Assembly: GCA_016204695.1 (NCBI GenBank)
Contig: JACQKD010000014.1
Coordinates: forward strand, 18,562-82,561
Source: Candidatus Kaiserbacteria bacterium
GTDB lineage: Bacteria > Patescibacteriota > Minisyncoccia > Phycocordibacterales > UBA918
DNA length: 64,000 nt
Direction of reading: 5' to 3'
Shown here: positions 1 to 9,600 of the stretch, in pieces
How positions within the stretch are numbered: the first letter of the stretch is position 1
Layout: the number at the start of each line of letters is the position of its first letter
Position numbers and translations under genes: made by a program
Notes under the pieces: generated by a model
Database searches by the model: none
Told to the model about the DNA's origin: nothing
Seen by the model: the letters and a program-made list of their open reading frames with translations, nothing else

Positions 1-1
1 C

Positions 2-229
2 CGGCCGGAGCAATCGATTGTCGTTGTCACTCACGGCTACTTTCTGCGCACCATGGTGGCTCGCGTGCTTTTCGTGGATCTTCTGACGGGGGAACTGCAT
101 AGGAGTTTTCAAAGGCATGCCGACCACGAGAACACCGGATTGACCGTACTTCGCTACCATGGAGGTTTCGAAGAAGAGTCGAGTTGGCACTTGTGGATGT
201 ATAACGATCACGCGCATCTGGGCGAGTAG
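2..229 (+). CDS. histidine phosphatase (phosphoglycerate mutase-like) family protein, C-terminal fragment; 5' end lies outside the window
   Basis: Open frame from the window edge to TAG at 227-229 translates to ...SIVVVTHGYFLRTMVARVLF...; VVVTHG is the C-terminal catalytic His motif of histidine phosphatases. It was missed by the ORF track because it has no start codon. Confidence 0.45.
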   Translation, partial: RPEQSIVVVTHGYFLRTMVARVLFVDLLTGELHRSFQRHADHENTGLTVLRYHGGFEEESSWHLWMYNDHAHLGE

Positions 230-275
230 CGAGCCATTCTCCAGACCCCCTGTGGAGGTGTATAATCTCCGGTAT

Positions 276-683
276 ATGACAATCACTCTGTGCGGGTCGA
301 TGAAATTTAACGACCGGTTTCTTGAGCTTCAAAAAGAGCTTGAAGCGCTCGGACACACGGTGTTGATGCCGACCGCGGTACCGGGGGTAGACTATTGGGA
401 GGAAGACGGCACAAAGCGTCAGGAGGCAAAGAAAGCTCTGCGGCTCGTCGAAAAACACCTCGACAAGATCAACGAATCGGACGCGATTCTTGTCGCCAAT
501 TACACGAAGGACGATACGGAAAACTACATCGGTGCGAATTCTTTTCTCGAAATGGGATATGCAAAATATAAAGGCAAAAAGATCTTCGTACTGAACCCAC
601 TGCCGGACCAACGGTATATCCGCGACGAACTCGTCTCCTTCGAGCCGATCGCGCTTAACGGTGATCTGTCGTTGATTGTTTGA
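276..683 (+). CDS. nucleoside 2-deoxyribosyltransferase-like protein
   Basis: MTITLCGSMKF N-terminus and the GANSFLEMGYA motif (NDT catalytic Glu context). Start chosen at the internal Met (codon 40 of ORF 159..683), because the upstream part overlaps the preceding partial gene. Confidence 0.55.
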   Translation: MTITLCGSMKFNDRFLELQKELEALGHTVLMPTAVPGVDYWEEDGTKRQEAKKALRLVEKHLDKINESDAILVANYTKDDTENYIGANSFLEMGYAKYKGKKIFVLNPLPDQRYIRDELVSFEPIALNGDLSLIV

Positions 684-689
684 ATATAC

Positions 690-1337
690 ATGGGAAAACA
701 TTTCATTCTTTTTGATTTCGACGGGGTAATTCTTGATTCGTACAAAATCGCGTTTGCGGCGCAGAATGTTGTGTGTCCGGATTGCACCGAGGAACAATAT
801 CGCCAGCTGTTTGAAGGTAATATATTCGAGCAGATCAGCATGGGGTCAATACATACCAACCGCTGCCACCATGCGGACTTTTGGGATCATTACATTCCTC
901 AGCTTAAAGACGAAGGCACGCTTGTCCCAGGCATGGACGCGGTCATTTCCGCGCTTGCAGAAGTACATCGAATGATCATTGTCTCATCCGGCCAGACGCC
1001 GTTTATCGAAAACTTTCTTGCGGAGAACGCATTGCTCGAATATTTTTCTGCAATCTTGGGTAATAATGTACATAAGAGTAAGGAGGAAAAGATACGGATG
1101 GTATTCGAAACACATGGTGTCAGTGCTTCGGATTGCGTCTTTGTCACCGACACGGTTGGTGACGTACGAGAAGCCGATAAAATGGGCGTGGGCGCCATCG
1201 GCGTGACGTGGGGGTACCACGAGCCGGAGCGTTTCTCAAAGGTTGACCATTTCCGGCTTGTGCACACACCGGAATCGCTTCCGTCGGCTATCGACGACTA
1301 TTTCGCACGTACACAGACGTCAGTTTCTATCAGATAG
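690..1337 (+). CDS. HAD-superfamily hydrolase (phosphatase)
   Basis: HAD motif I FDFDGVILDS, motif II VSSG, motif III/IV K...DTVGDVREADKMG. Confidence 0.75.
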   Translation: MGKHFILFDFDGVILDSYKIAFAAQNVVCPDCTEEQYRQLFEGNIFEQISMGSIHTNRCHHADFWDHYIPQLKDEGTLVPGMDAVISALAEVHRMIIVSSGQTPFIENFLAENALLEYFSAILGNNVHKSKEEKIRMVFETHGVSASDCVFVTDTVGDVREADKMGVGAIGVTWGYHEPERFSKVDHFRLVHTPESLPSAIDDYFARTQTSVSIR

Positions 1338-1350
1338 GTAATTTTGTTTT

Positions 1351-1821
1351 ATGGATATAGAAGCACTGCGACAATTTCTCATCGATTCGAACAAAGCCGG
1401 CTACGCTACGGGGGAAGCGAAGGAATGGATCAAGGAGCAAGATGGTTCGACTACCATTCCATTTGTACTGGGTGAATGGAGATCACACGATAACTTTTTC
1501 GGTGGCGAACCGTATGGCGGCAGGGTAGTGGTGTTTTATGCAGAAAAGCCGGTATGGATGATGGTCTACTACGGCTATGTAATGGAAGGGATTGCGGTAG
1601 ATCCGGTATACAAAATATTGCGTGCGGCACTCATGCAGATGCCGGATGAACACCCGTATCGCGGACCGAAAGAATATCGTGACGGAACGTACCGATATCA
1701 AAACATATGGGAAGGGACTTTGAAGGATTTCTCCGGGAAGGAGAAGATTTTTGACGGAGAGGCGCTGATATACGAGGCCGACTATCGCGGCGGCCTTGTC
1801 GACCGGCGAAGCGGGCTCTAG
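1351..1821 (+). CDS. hypothetical protein
   Basis: 156-aa ORF; compact spacing after the HAD gene; no recognisable motif. Confidence 0.4.
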   Translation: MDIEALRQFLIDSNKAGYATGEAKEWIKEQDGSTTIPFVLGEWRSHDNFFGGEPYGGRVVVFYAEKPVWMMVYYGYVMEGIAVDPVYKILRAALMQMPDEHPYRGPKEYRDGTYRYQNIWEGTLKDFSGKEKIFDGEALIYEADYRGGLVDRRSGL

Positions 1822-1834
1822 AAACTACCTCTCG

Positions 1835-2359
1835 CTACACTTTCTCGAGTTGTTTCTCCAATTCTTTTTCAATCTCATCGCTTTCAAGCTCCTTGAGCAT
1901 CTGCCCCACATCGGCATCCGTCGATATGTCAATGCCGTTTTTCTTCAACAGAAGCGTTTGCAGGTAGATCAGCTTGGTGATCTCGCGTTCCGCGTAGGTA
2001 TTGATATAGAGCTCGACTTCTTCGCGAAGTTCGGCGACCTTCGCCTCTCTGTTTTGCGATATGAGCACGATGATCGCCAGAAAGATCGCCTCAAGCGACA
2101 CGATCATGGTGAGCAGACCGAAAGGAAACGGGTCAAAGAGCGGGACATCCGAAAAGAGGCCGATGTTCGATGCGATCCACAGCATGAAAAAAAGCGCATT
2201 GAGACAGAGAAATGAAATGGTACCGAAAATCCCGGTCAGCGAGTCGGCGATTTTGTCGATTAAAGAGCGCCGCTCATTCGCCTTCGCCTTAAAGCTTCTG
2301 ACGACATTGCGGGTGCGCAAGGTACCGCTCGCTGGCGGGATATTTTTTGTTCGAGCCAT
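1835..2359 (-). CDS. DUF1003 family membrane protein
   Basis: C-terminal 174 aa of ORF 1835..2959 (start at MARTKN). Contains FGTISFLCLNALFFMLWI...DPFPFGLLTMIVSLEAIFLAIIVLISQNREA, the typical DUF1003 core. The upstream part of the long ORF has no credible start. Confidence 0.6.
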   Translation of the reverse strand: MARTKNIPPASGTLRTRNVVRSFKAKANERRSLIDKIADSLTGIFGTISFLCLNALFFMLWIASNIGLFSDVPLFDPFPFGLLTMIVSLEAIFLAIIVLISQNREAKVAELREEVELYINTYAEREITKLIYLQTLLLKKNGIDISTDADVGQMLKELESDEIEKELEKQLEKV

Positions 2360-2422
2360 GCGGCCATCATAGCATCCCGCACCGATAGAAAAGAGGGAAG
2401 GAGTGGGATATACTGTTCTTGT

Positions 2423-3376
2423 ATGAAACAGGTCGGCACGATTCTCGGACTTGTCATTATCCTCTGTATTCTCGTCGTGGGCGGCTTCTATGCGTACACA
2501 TGGATGAAAAAGAGTGCGCAAACACAGCAGGACGCCTCGTTGCAGACTGATGAAGGGAAAATACGCGCGCTGGTCGAGGAATTCGGCACACAGCTCCAAC
2601 GTGTCGATCTCTCGCAGGAAGAGGGTGTGGCGGAAGTGATCAAGGAAGCATATCAGCCGTATCTGTCGTCTCGCTTGCTTACGGACTGGGCGAACGATCC
2701 GCGGGAGGCCCTCGGGCGTCGCGTCGCGTCGCAATGGCCGGATCGAATCGAAGTCGAGAAAGTCCAGCAGACGACAAAAATCACATATCGTGCATTCGGT
2801 ACGCTTGTCGAAGTTACGAATGAAGGTGGCGGCATCGGCGAAGCGCCAATGGAGGCCTTGCGGCGGCCGATTCAGATGACACTGCGCAAAGAAAAGGATG
2901 ACTGGCGCATCGCGCGAGTGGACATAGGTGCGCATGCGAGCGATGGTAATTGGGTACAATCACCGGTGGCGGCGCAAGGGGTCACCTTTTTGTATCCTGA
3001 TCCCCTGCCGACCGTGTACATCGAAGCGGGGACGTGGCCGCCTCTCGTCGAGCTTTACTCCGGTACCTTTGCATGTGTCGAGGGTACGAAGACCGATAGC
3101 GGTGGACGCGAACAAACGACCGAGCGGCGGCGTATCGGAGATCGTATCCATTGCATGACGCTCACCGCGGGGGGAGCGGCGGCCGGTAGCACCTATCCGA
3201 CGTATGAATATATCACCGCGCAAGACGACGCTCTGATACGCATCGTGTTCACGCTTCGCATTCCGCAGTGCGCCAATTACGATGAGCCCAAACGAACCGC
3301 CTGCTTCACCGAAGAAGAGGAGTTCGACGCCGACGGTCTCGCCGACCGCATCGCCGCAAGCGTCCACAAACCGTGA
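2423..3376 (+). CDS. hypothetical membrane-anchored protein
   Basis: N-terminal TM helix (ILGLVIILCILVVGGFYAYTW) followed by a ~290-aa soluble domain with no known motif. Confidence 0.45.
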   Translation: MKQVGTILGLVIILCILVVGGFYAYTWMKKSAQTQQDASLQTDEGKIRALVEEFGTQLQRVDLSQEEGVAEVIKEAYQPYLSSRLLTDWANDPREALGRRVASQWPDRIEVEKVQQTTKITYRAFGTLVEVTNEGGGIGEAPMEALRRPIQMTLRKEKDDWRIARVDIGAHASDGNWVQSPVAAQGVTFLYPDPLPTVYIEAGTWPPLVELYSGTFACVEGTKTDSGGREQTTERRRIGDRIHCMTLTAGGAAAGSTYPTYEYITAQDDALIRIVFTLRIPQCANYDEPKRTACFTEEEEFDADGLADRIAASVHKP

Positions 3377-3377
3377 A

Positions 3378-3953
3378 TTAACGTCTGTCAGCCCACCATA
3401 CCTCGCTGTTGGGATCGATCGTTACAGATATCGAATACGGTCGGAGTATCTTTTCGACTACAGTGCCTACGATTGCATAATCGTGCCCGCAGAGCAGTCC
3501 TTCCGGAGCAAGACGGCGGAGCCACGCTTGTACATCGGCGGTCACTTTTTCCGGACTGTGGTCTCCGTCGATAAAAACAAGTGCGCACGATTCTGCAAGA
3601 TTCTCCGCGACCGCGACCGAATCGCCGCGCAGGACGGTCACGTAGTCGCGCAATCCGAACTCGATGCTGTGTTTCTCAAACACCTCCTGCAGTTTTCCGC
3701 CGCAATCATGTACGACGCCAACCCCCGGCGTTCCTTTAAATGTATCGACCGCATATACGCGCAATCGCTTCTTGATGATTTGTTCGGCAATCGAGCAGAG
3801 TGAACGTCCCTGCCAGACACCGACTTCAACGAGCACACTCTCGTCGGGTATCTGTTCCGCAAGACGCCGGTAGGCCGCAATGTCATTCGCGGAAAACCAT
3901 CCGCAGGGAAGACCGAGATCGCAAGACGGGGGTACTTCAAGATCAATATTCAT
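3378..3953 (-). CDS. class I SAM-dependent methyltransferase
   Basis: Gly-rich SAM-binding motif VEVGVWQGRS and acidic motif LVFIDGDHS, typical of the class I MTase fold. Confidence 0.6.
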   Translation of the reverse strand: MNIDLEVPPSCDLGLPCGWFSANDIAAYRRLAEQIPDESVLVEVGVWQGRSLCSIAEQIIKKRLRVYAVDTFKGTPGVGVVHDCGGKLQEVFEKHSIEFGLRDYVTVLRGDSVAVAENLAESCALVFIDGDHSPEKVTADVQAWLRRLAPEGLLCGHDYAIVGTVVEKILRPYSISVTIDPNSEVWWADRR

Positions 3954-4007
3954 GGTTTCTTCTTATGTGTGCGGGAGACAGCCAAATCGCTGTCCCATTC
4001 CAACGAT

Positions 4008-4841
4008 CTACGCATCAAGAACGATCGTCTCGTCATGAAAGGTAAATCTCACTGAATCGGGGAATATTTCCATCTTGAGCGCTTCTCCTTTTTGCACTCC
4101 GTCCGCAAGACTCGTAATTTCTTTGTTGAAAAAAATCTTGAGTGCCGAGTCAAGCCACTCGCCATGCGTGGTGATGATCACTTTTTCATTGGGAGCCGCA
4201 CCGCGCTCGTCGAGCGCGGCCTCTCCGCGCTTGCGTGCGATGTCAGCGAGACGCAGAAGAAACACTTTTATTTTCTTTTTGTATTCTTCGCTATTTTCCG
4301 CAAAAGGGATTTCTTCTCCTCTCAGCCACCCCAGATACAGGTCGGGACCCGCCTCCAACACCTGCCCGAAGGCGGCATCCATATCTCTTTTATAGGCCGC
4401 TTCGATCTCGGCATCGGTCCCGTCTCCCCGGCGGTCATAGATATCCCGTCGCTCGTTCTTGTCAGTCTTGTCTTCCTCGTCTCTGTATAGCTTCCAATTC
4501 CGCGTACTGTTTTTAGCTCCCTTCAGATATTCGACAGTATGCCCTTTCGCCTCCAGCGCCTCGGTGAGCACTTGCGCGCTGTTTTCCGCCCGGACGCGCG
4601 GACTACTCATCACGTACACCGCATCATTCGGCTCAATTTCGTCATTAATCTGCTCAGCCAGACGTTGCAGTGATTTGACTCCTTCTTCAGTCAGGTCATG
4701 CTCTACCACTTCGGGAGATCCGCGTTCTTCTCCATAATTGGTAGTGCCGTGACGCACCAGATATACGGTCGCGTAGATTGCAGGTGCGTGTTCCCTTGAT
4801 TCATGCGATTCACCTTCCGGTTTTTCCATACTGAAAGCCAT
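4008..4841 (-). CDS. histidine phosphatase family protein
   Basis: RHG motif (YLVRHGTTNYGE) and C-terminal His (IITTHGEWL). Confidence 0.65.
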   Translation of the reverse strand: MAFSMEKPEGESHESREHAPAIYATVYLVRHGTTNYGEERGSPEVVEHDLTEEGVKSLQRLAEQINDEIEPNDAVYVMSSPRVRAENSAQVLTEALEAKGHTVEYLKGAKNSTRNWKLYRDEEDKTDKNERRDIYDRRGDGTDAEIEAAYKRDMDAAFGQVLEAGPDLYLGWLRGEEIPFAENSEEYKKKIKVFLLRLADIARKRGEAALDERGAAPNEKVIITTHGEWLDSALKIFFNKEITSLADGVQKGEALKMEIFPDSVRFTFHDETIVLDA

Positions 4842-4859
4842 GTTTTGTATATGTGTACC

Positions 4860-5861
4860 TTATGCTTGTAACGCCGACAGTCGCGCGTCGGCAAAGATGA
4901 AATAGGGCTGTATGAGTTCGTGTCGTTTGATATGGGTGAAATAATAGCCCATCACGAATGCATTATACGCCTCGTAAAAATCCAATATTTCCTTGGGCGG
5001 CAGTGTTCTTTTGCGCCGATACGTATCATACATGGCGCCGGCAAGCTCGTCTCCGCCGAATATCCGGACGCAGGCCGCAATACGCGCGGTGGCAAGCGCG
5101 TGATCCACTATGCGGAACGCAGGCATCGGCCAGTACACATCCATGAACACCGGTTTGTTTTCTATGAAGACGATATTCGCCGAATGGCCGTCAATCGTGA
5201 CGGAAGCCGAGCTTTCGGGAAGTTTCTTAAAATAAGGATGCGATGCGTGGAAGTGCACCAGTGCGTTCGCACGACTATCGGTCACCTCCTGCGATATCCC
5301 GCTCGCACTCCGGGCAAAGTCTCTGAAGTTGGACAGGCGGGCAATCATACGCTCGTAGACACTCTTGCCGAGCTCTCGGTTTTGCTCATCGAAATATTTC
5401 TCGTTCGCTCTATCGAGATTGATTAAAAGCTTTTCAGTTATCCGTACCACATCCTCCTTCGTCACTTTCTTGTTCCAAAGACGATTGATGAGCGTGTCGT
5501 CGGCATCGATTCGATTCATCAAAATGAAAAAATCATCCGCAGTATTATGCTCCGAAGGTTTCCAGCCGCCGTTGATTTCCCGCATGCCTTCAAGAGACGT
5601 ATAAATCTCCGGAGCGAATAGATTGTTCCAGGCAAAATCGGCGCGATAGAAATTCTTTCTCTTTAGAGGATCTACAAAATCACCGACAGCTTCGTCCGAT
5701 ACATGCTTGGTCACCTTACGTCCAACATCTTCATACAGGAAAATATCAGAGAGCCATGTCTCTATATGGCGCTCGGGCTTTGGAATGCCGTCTACCAGAC
5801 CCTCCTTGAGAGCTTCCGCCAACTGCATGGAGAAAAGTATACAGGAAAGCAGATGGTACAA
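4860..5861 (-). CDS. hypothetical protein, possibly protein-kinase-like (APH/ChoK-type) phosphotransferase
   Basis: HSANIVFIENKPVFMDVYWP...RIVDHALA loosely resembles the H-x-D-x4-N catalytic loop plus D-x-G of kinase-like folds. This is weak evidence. Confidence 0.35.
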   Translation of the reverse strand: MYHLLSCILFSMQLAEALKEGLVDGIPKPERHIETWLSDIFLYEDVGRKVTKHVSDEAVGDFVDPLKRKNFYRADFAWNNLFAPEIYTSLEGMREINGGWKPSEHNTADDFFILMNRIDADDTLINRLWNKKVTKEDVVRITEKLLINLDRANEKYFDEQNRELGKSVYERMIARLSNFRDFARSASGISQEVTDSRANALVHFHASHPYFKKLPESSASVTIDGHSANIVFIENKPVFMDVYWPMPAFRIVDHALATARIAACVRIFGGDELAGAMYDTYRRKRTLPPKEILDFYEAYNAFVMGYYFTHIKRHELIQPYFIFADARLSALQA

Positions 5862-5943
5862 AAATACAACAGCCCGAGCGTCGTGAGGAACGACGTCGGG
5901 CTGGGGAGGGGAAGGAGCAGGAGGTAGGATTGGTGTCGAAAGC

Positions 5944-6561
5944 CTAGGTAGTAGTCAACGGCCGCAGAGTTCGCAGATTGACGAGGTGGCCGTCGCGAAT
6001 GTCGAGTTTATATCCCGCACATTCGTCAAAAGAAATACTTGAGAGGATATGGTCGGCGTTGGGGCTGTCGGCCGCCACGCATCCAAATGCGGCGATCAAG
6101 ACGGCGTGTCCAACGACAAGGATTTTGCAGTTCTCATCGAGCGCCAGATGTTTGATCCATTCTTTAACAACACGCCACGCTTCGCGCGCGTGTTCGTCAA
6201 AAATGGGGCCACTACGCCTACGATAAGCGGCAAGTGGTTGATAGAGCAACGCTTCGAAGGTCTCTCCAAGAACGTCGTTGAATCTCGTACCGGGAATCCA
6301 GCAGAGTTGTGGCAAAACGATAATAGGATCCTGACAGACATACCCTCGAACAAACTGGAGGGTTTGTAGCGTCCTCACCATTGGTGAGGACAAAGACAGG
6401 TCAAAGTGAGGGTACCCAAACAAGGCTCCACGTTCGAGTGCTTGTCTCTGACCCAATGGAGTCAGGCACCTTGCTGCCTCTACTTCATAGGGCGACCCGT
6501 CAGGTACCTTTTCTGCATTGCCGTGGCGAAGGACAAAGAACTCCATTGTCCATTCCTTCAT
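5944..6561 (-). CDS. histidine phosphatase family protein (SixA-like)
   Basis: FFVLRHGNAEK RHG motif and VVGHAVLIAAF C-terminal His. An alternative start at the second Met gives 5944..6546. Confidence 0.6.
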   Translation of the reverse strand: MKEWTMEFFVLRHGNAEKVPDGSPYEVEAARCLTPLGQRQALERGALFGYPHFDLSLSSPMVRTLQTLQFVRGYVCQDPIIVLPQLCWIPGTRFNDVLGETFEALLYQPLAAYRRRSGPIFDEHAREAWRVVKEWIKHLALDENCKILVVGHAVLIAAFGCVAADSPNADHILSSISFDECAGYKLDIRDGHLVNLRTLRPLTTT

Positions 6562-6653
6562 AAAAGATTGTGGTACACTTGGCCAAAAGCGGCCGGTTCC
6601 CCTGAGGATTTATTACCATATTTTATATCTTCTGTCAAGCTAAAAACAAGCAT

Positions 6654-9600
6654 ATGACCGAAAATATCAAACTGTTTTCAGAGATTTCCAAGGACGATGC
6701 GGCGAGTGCCGGGGGGAAGGGTGCGTCGCTCGGTGAGATGACACAAGCGGGGATACCGGTGCCGCCGGGATTTGTGGTACTCGCTGGGGCATTCGAGCAG
6801 TTTCTCGAGGAGACGGATCTGCTTGCGGAAATAGATACGATTCTCCATACGGTACAGAAAGAAGAGATGCATACGGTGGAACATGCATCCGAGAAAATTC
6901 AACAGCTTATCTTGGAAGCCAAGATGCCTGCCGACATTGCCGCAGAAATCGAGAAACAATTTAAAGGGCTGGACACCCCGTACGTCGCAGTCCGATCAAG
7001 CGCGACCGCCGAAGACAGCTTGAGCGCCGCGTGGGCGGGACAGCTCGACAGTTATCTCAACACGACTGCCGATACGCTTCTTCAGAATGTTCAGCGCTGT
7101 TGGGCGTCACTTTTTACGCCGCGCGCTATCTTCTATCGTTTCGAGAAAGATCTGCATACGACGAAAATCTCCGTCGCAGTCGTCGTGCAGAAGATGGTCG
7201 AAAGTGAAGTGTCGGGCATCGCCTTCTCGGTGCATCCGGTGACGGAGGATCGCAACCAGCTCATTATCGAAGCGGGCTTCGGCCTCGGCGAGGCGATCGT
7301 GTCGGGACAGATCACGCCGGACAGCTATGTGGTCGAAAAGAACCCGCGCCGCATTATCGATGTCAGTCCAAGCACGCAGAGCCGCGCGCTCTACCGGGCG
7401 GCAAACGGCGGGAATGAATGGAAAGACATTGCCGAGCCGGAGGCATCCTCGCAGGTGCTTACCGAAGAGCGGATATTGGAACTGGCCGGACTGATTCTCA
7501 ACATAGAAAACCATTACGGTTTCCCCTGCGACATCGAATGGGCGTTTGAAAAAGGGACCTTCTATATTGTCCAAAGCCGCCCCATTACGACACTTTCTTC
7601 CGCATCCCAGGCCACCTCTTTGCCCTTGTCTCTTGATCCGAAGAACTACACCTATGTCGGTTTATACAAATCACCGCCGTCCGCTCTTTGGTATTGGTCA
7701 TCCTGGTATGACGCCGAGCTATCTAAAGAACTGGATATCCCCGAAGAGTTCGAGGCATATTTCGGATTGCGCGGGGGGTACAACTGGTGCCTAAAGAAGA
7801 CAGAGGAAGGTTTTAAAGAATTGGTTGCGGCCAAAGTGGAGGCGGGCGATGTCGGGTACTTCGATTCGATCTATGCGACGCTCGACCGGGAATTCGAGCA
7901 TGCAGAAACATTTGCTAAAGCCCTCGGCACGAAAGTCGAGCGCACAAGCTACGAGGAGTTGGTGGCGCATGGCCGCAAGCTCGCATTCTTCTGCTTTATC
8001 AACTGGCAGATTTCGCAGCAGTTCGATCCTATTTTTAAAGATGCAGCACAAAGTGCCGGGATCAGCGAAGACGCCATACAGAGCTATGTACCCCTCCCCA
8101 AGACGCGTTTGAATGAGCAGCATGACGACGTCGTGGAAATAAAGAAGATGATCGAGTTGAAGGGTCTGTGGGAGCTTCTCAAAGAAGATGCGACCAAAGC
8201 TATATCGGAAATGCAGTCCGATTCGGAGTTGCAGGGACGGATAGACCGCCATCTCAAGACATATGCGTGGCTCAATATCCAAAATTGGATCGGCGAGCCG
8301 CTGACACTTGAAAAGCTCCTGGAGCAAATGACGCTCATTACCTCACACGAGGCAGATCCCATCAAGGCTGCTCCGTCTGGATTCGAGAAATATGTACATA
8401 TCGCCGAACGGATCGGCAAGCTGCGCAATGCCGGGATCGAGGACTTCTCCATCTATATGCACGCCGTCATGCCGCATCTCGAGCAACTTGCAGAACGCGC
8501 AGGTATCACGTACCGAGACCTTCTTCTGCTCACGCCGCTTGAAGTATTTTCCGGAGATTCGCTTGCAACGGATATGCGCGAGAAAATCTCTCGTCGACAA
8601 AACGACAATTGGTGCGTCTATCCGAATCTGGAGACCCGAAGCGTGGAGATAACCGACGACACGGAGGTGATCGCCAATATCGCCGAGCGCTTCTTGCCGA
8701 AGGTCGAAGTCTCCGAGGATGGCAGTATCAAAGGACAAGTGGGTAACAAAGGGAAGGCGATCGGTCCTGTTCGCGTCATTATTGCCACCGATGATTTTCA
8801 TAAGATGCGACCGGGAGATGTGCTTGTCACGCCGATGACCACGCCGGACTTCGTACTCCTCATGCAACAGGCGGCGGCAATCGTGACCGACATGGGCGGA
8901 TTGCTCTGTCATGCGGCAATCGTCTCGCGCGAGCTCAATAAGCCCTGTGTGATCGATACGAAGTTTGCGACACAGATTCTCCGCGACGGCGATATGGTGG
9001 AGGTCGACGCCGACAACGGCGTCGTGCGCCCGCTTATAAACGAGATCACCACCATCGACTGGGAACTGTGGATACGCAGGCAAGATCAGCCGCCATTTCT
9101 TATTTCACTATGGATGCCGATGGAAGGACCGATGATGGCGTCCCGCATTGGCGGAGGATTTACAAAACAGCTCTGCTTGCGATACGCCGACGACACCTTG
9201 TGGATCCGCTCGTCTTCGGACATGAAGCAACTGATGCGGAATATTCGAGAATTTCTCGCCGGTCAGTCTTCGGGTGCTCTGGCAACATTGTTTGCGACTG
9301 CAGATACAATCGCAGAACAGACTCCGGAGTTTATGAAAGAAGTACAGAGGTACCCGGAAGAAAAGTTACTCTCCGATTTTGAGTCGCTCATCAAACGTGT
9401 GGTGGAGATAGCGTTCTATACCACTTCGATGCCGTATTTCGCCATGGAGGCAATCGGCACAGATGAGGTCGAGATACCCAATGCGGAGCAGATACGCACC
9501 GGAGCCGAGAAACTCCGCGCAACGTCCTTTTACGTCGAACTTAAGACAAAAGTACTCGACCGGATAGTCCGGGCATTCGCCAAGAAATATACTATCGACG

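Noticed and set aside
27-797. 256-aa minus-strand ORF covering the first three + strand genes
   Set aside because: It overlaps three well-supported + strand genes (partial histidine phosphatase, NDT-like, HAD), and its translation has no motif and is Arg-rich. It is typical antisense noise in GC-rich coding DNA. The same reasoning applies to many other long antisense or alternate-frame ORFs in the track, for example 24426-25172(-), 8343-9083(-), 10499-11191(-), 35481-36212(-), 60106-60957(-).
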